This document shows, piece after piece, positions 62,858-64,000 of a stretch of DNA of 64,000 nt. Each line of letters begins with the position of its first letter. Position 1 is the stretch's first letter. The stretch is from Bryobacteraceae bacterium (lineage in GTDB: Bacteria > Acidobacteriota > Terriglobia > Bryobacterales > Bryobacteraceae): the NCBI GenBank assembly GCA_049698695.1, contig JBAVYH010000216.1, positions 6,992 to 70,991 of the forward strand. Direction: 5' to 3'. The notes under the pieces were generated by a model. It worked only from the letters and a program-made list of their open reading frames with translations. It was not told where the DNA came from and ran no database searches. The position numbers were made by a program, and so were the translations under genes.

Positions 62858-64000
62858 ACACCGCGCTGGTCTGGAGCAACATTCTGGCGTACAGCCTTCA
62901 AATCGGGCTGCTGGTGGCCGTGGCGGCTTTCCTGCCTGCGCTGATGCGCATGCGCGCGGCCGGCGCGCGGCTGTTGTATTGGCAGTTGCTGCTGGCGGCA
63001 TGCCTGCTGTTGCCGTGGCTGCGGCCCTGGCATCGGGAAGTGATCGCAGCCAACGTATCGGTGACCACGGTTGTGACCAGCATGGCGGCAGCGCCGGCGC
63101 CGGCGCGCTTCCATGTCTCGCCGGGCAACCTGCTGCTCTACCTGCTGGCCGCCGGTGTGGTGGCGCGGTTGGCGTGGCTGAGTGTGGGACTCTGGCAGTT
63201 GCGGAGTTACCGTCGCCGCGCTGTGCCGCTCGAAAACGAGGGCGTGCGGGCCGAGGTCCTGCTTTCAGCCGAGATTTCGAGCCCGGTGACTTTTGGCTGG
63301 CGCCGGCCGGTGATCCTGCTGCCGGAACGGTTTCCGCAACTGGGCGACGCCATGCAGCAGGCCATCCTGTGCCACGAAAACCTGCACGTGGAGCGGCACG
63401 ACTGGCTTTTCACCGTCGCCGAGGAACTGGTGCGCGCCATACTGTGGTTTCATCCGGCCATCTGGTGGCTGCTGGGCGAAATTCAACTGGCGCGCGAACA
63501 AGCGGTGGATTGCCAGGTCGTCAAAATCACCCAGTCGCGCGATCCCTACGTGGATGCGCTGCTCGAAATGGCCGGTGCGCGGCCGGAACTGGATCTGGCG
63601 CCGGCGCCGCTGTTTCTGCGCAAGAGGCATTTGAAACAAAGAGTGATGGAAATCGTTCGGGAGGCAACTATGTCGAGAACGCGATGGATTTCCGCCCTGG
63701 CCGCAAGTGTGATGTTCCTGGCCGCGGCGACCTGGCTGGTAACGGGCGCATTTCCGCTCGCCGGCGCGCCGCAGTTGGTGTCGGACGCTCCAGGCGTCAC
63801 GGTGGATCTCGGCGGCGCGCGGCTCATCCACCGCTCGGGAGTGGAGTATCCCGTGGCGGCGATCGCCAAAGGCGTGCAAGGCACCGTGGTGGCCCAGGTC
63901 AAGCTGGATGCGAACGGCGTGGTGACCGACGCCAGTATCCTCAGCGGTCCGGATGAGCTGCGCAAAGCGGTGTTGCAATCGGTGCTGAACTGGCACTTCT
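62854..64000 (+). CDS. M56-family (BlaR1-like) membrane metallopeptidase with C-terminal TonB-like domain; 3' end lies outside the window
   Basis: Not in the supplied track because no stop falls within the window. ATG overlaps the blaI stop (ATGA). My translation gives MNTALVWSNILAYSLQIGLL..., the HExxH motif (ILCHENLHVERHD) and C-terminal GVQGTVVAQVKLDANGVVTDASIL (TonB_C-like). Confidence 0.8.
   Translation, partial: MNTALVWSNILAYSLQIGLLVAVAAFLPALMRMRAAGARLLYWQLLLAACLLLPWLRPWHREVIAANVSVTTVVTSMAAAPAPARFHVSPGNLLLYLLAAGVVARLAWLSVGLWQLRSYRRRAVPLENEGVRAEVLLSAEISSPVTFGWRRPVILLPERFPQLGDAMQQAILCHENLHVERHDWLFTVAEELVRAILWFHPAIWWLLGEIQLAREQAVDCQVVKITQSRDPYVDALLEMAGARPELDLAPAPLFLRKRHLKQRVMEIVREATMSRTRWISALAASVMFLAAATWLVTGAFPLAGAPQLVSDAPGVTVDLGGARLIHRSGVEYPVAAIAKGVQGTVVAQVKLDANGVVTDASILSGPDELRKAVLQSVLNWHF

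Overview
The window is GC-rich, densely coding bacterial chromosome. It is most likely Acidobacteriota of the Solibacter/Bryobacter type. That guess rests on two secreted proteins sharing an Acidobacteria-style C-terminal Ig-like module and on two VWA proteins of the acidobacterial VWFA type. I found about 60 protein genes and no rRNA, tRNA or CRISPR array.

Ordinary content:
- Housekeeping genes: rmuC, miaB, tyrS, folP, greA, mazG, mlaEFD, and aguA/aguB for polyamine synthesis.
- Many transporters and secreted hydrolases.
- An ECF sigma/anti-sigma pair and a blaI/blaR1-like pair.

The clearest accessory feature is a 2875-bp IS1595-family (ISNwi1-like) element at 43221-46095.
- It has terminal inverted repeats and an 8-bp target-site duplication (CTATTAAG).
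- Its GC content is visibly lower than the flanks.
- Besides the transposase it carries a tightly packed passenger operon: a proteasome-beta-like Ntn hydrolase with a Ser1/Asp17/Lys pattern, a small protein, a PIN nuclease and a 54-aa basic protein.
- I consider this the best candidate for an undescribed system.

Other notable loci:
- An NRAMP transporter with Mg-type (NRMT-like) site substitutions, coupled to a stand-alone MgtE-N/CBS cytosolic module.
- A GPH transporter - GH17 - 1179-aa uncharacterised GH94-like putative phosphorylase operon.
- A minimal GxGD/PAL membrane protein.
- A frameshifted RelE/ParE toxin.
- A dispersed palindromic intergenic repeat that supplies the 3' end of one gene.
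- Apparently leaderless promoters for blaI and the transposase.

Most long ORFs in the supplied track are antisense or off-frame artefacts of the high GC content. All functional calls come from motif recognition by eye. No searches were run.
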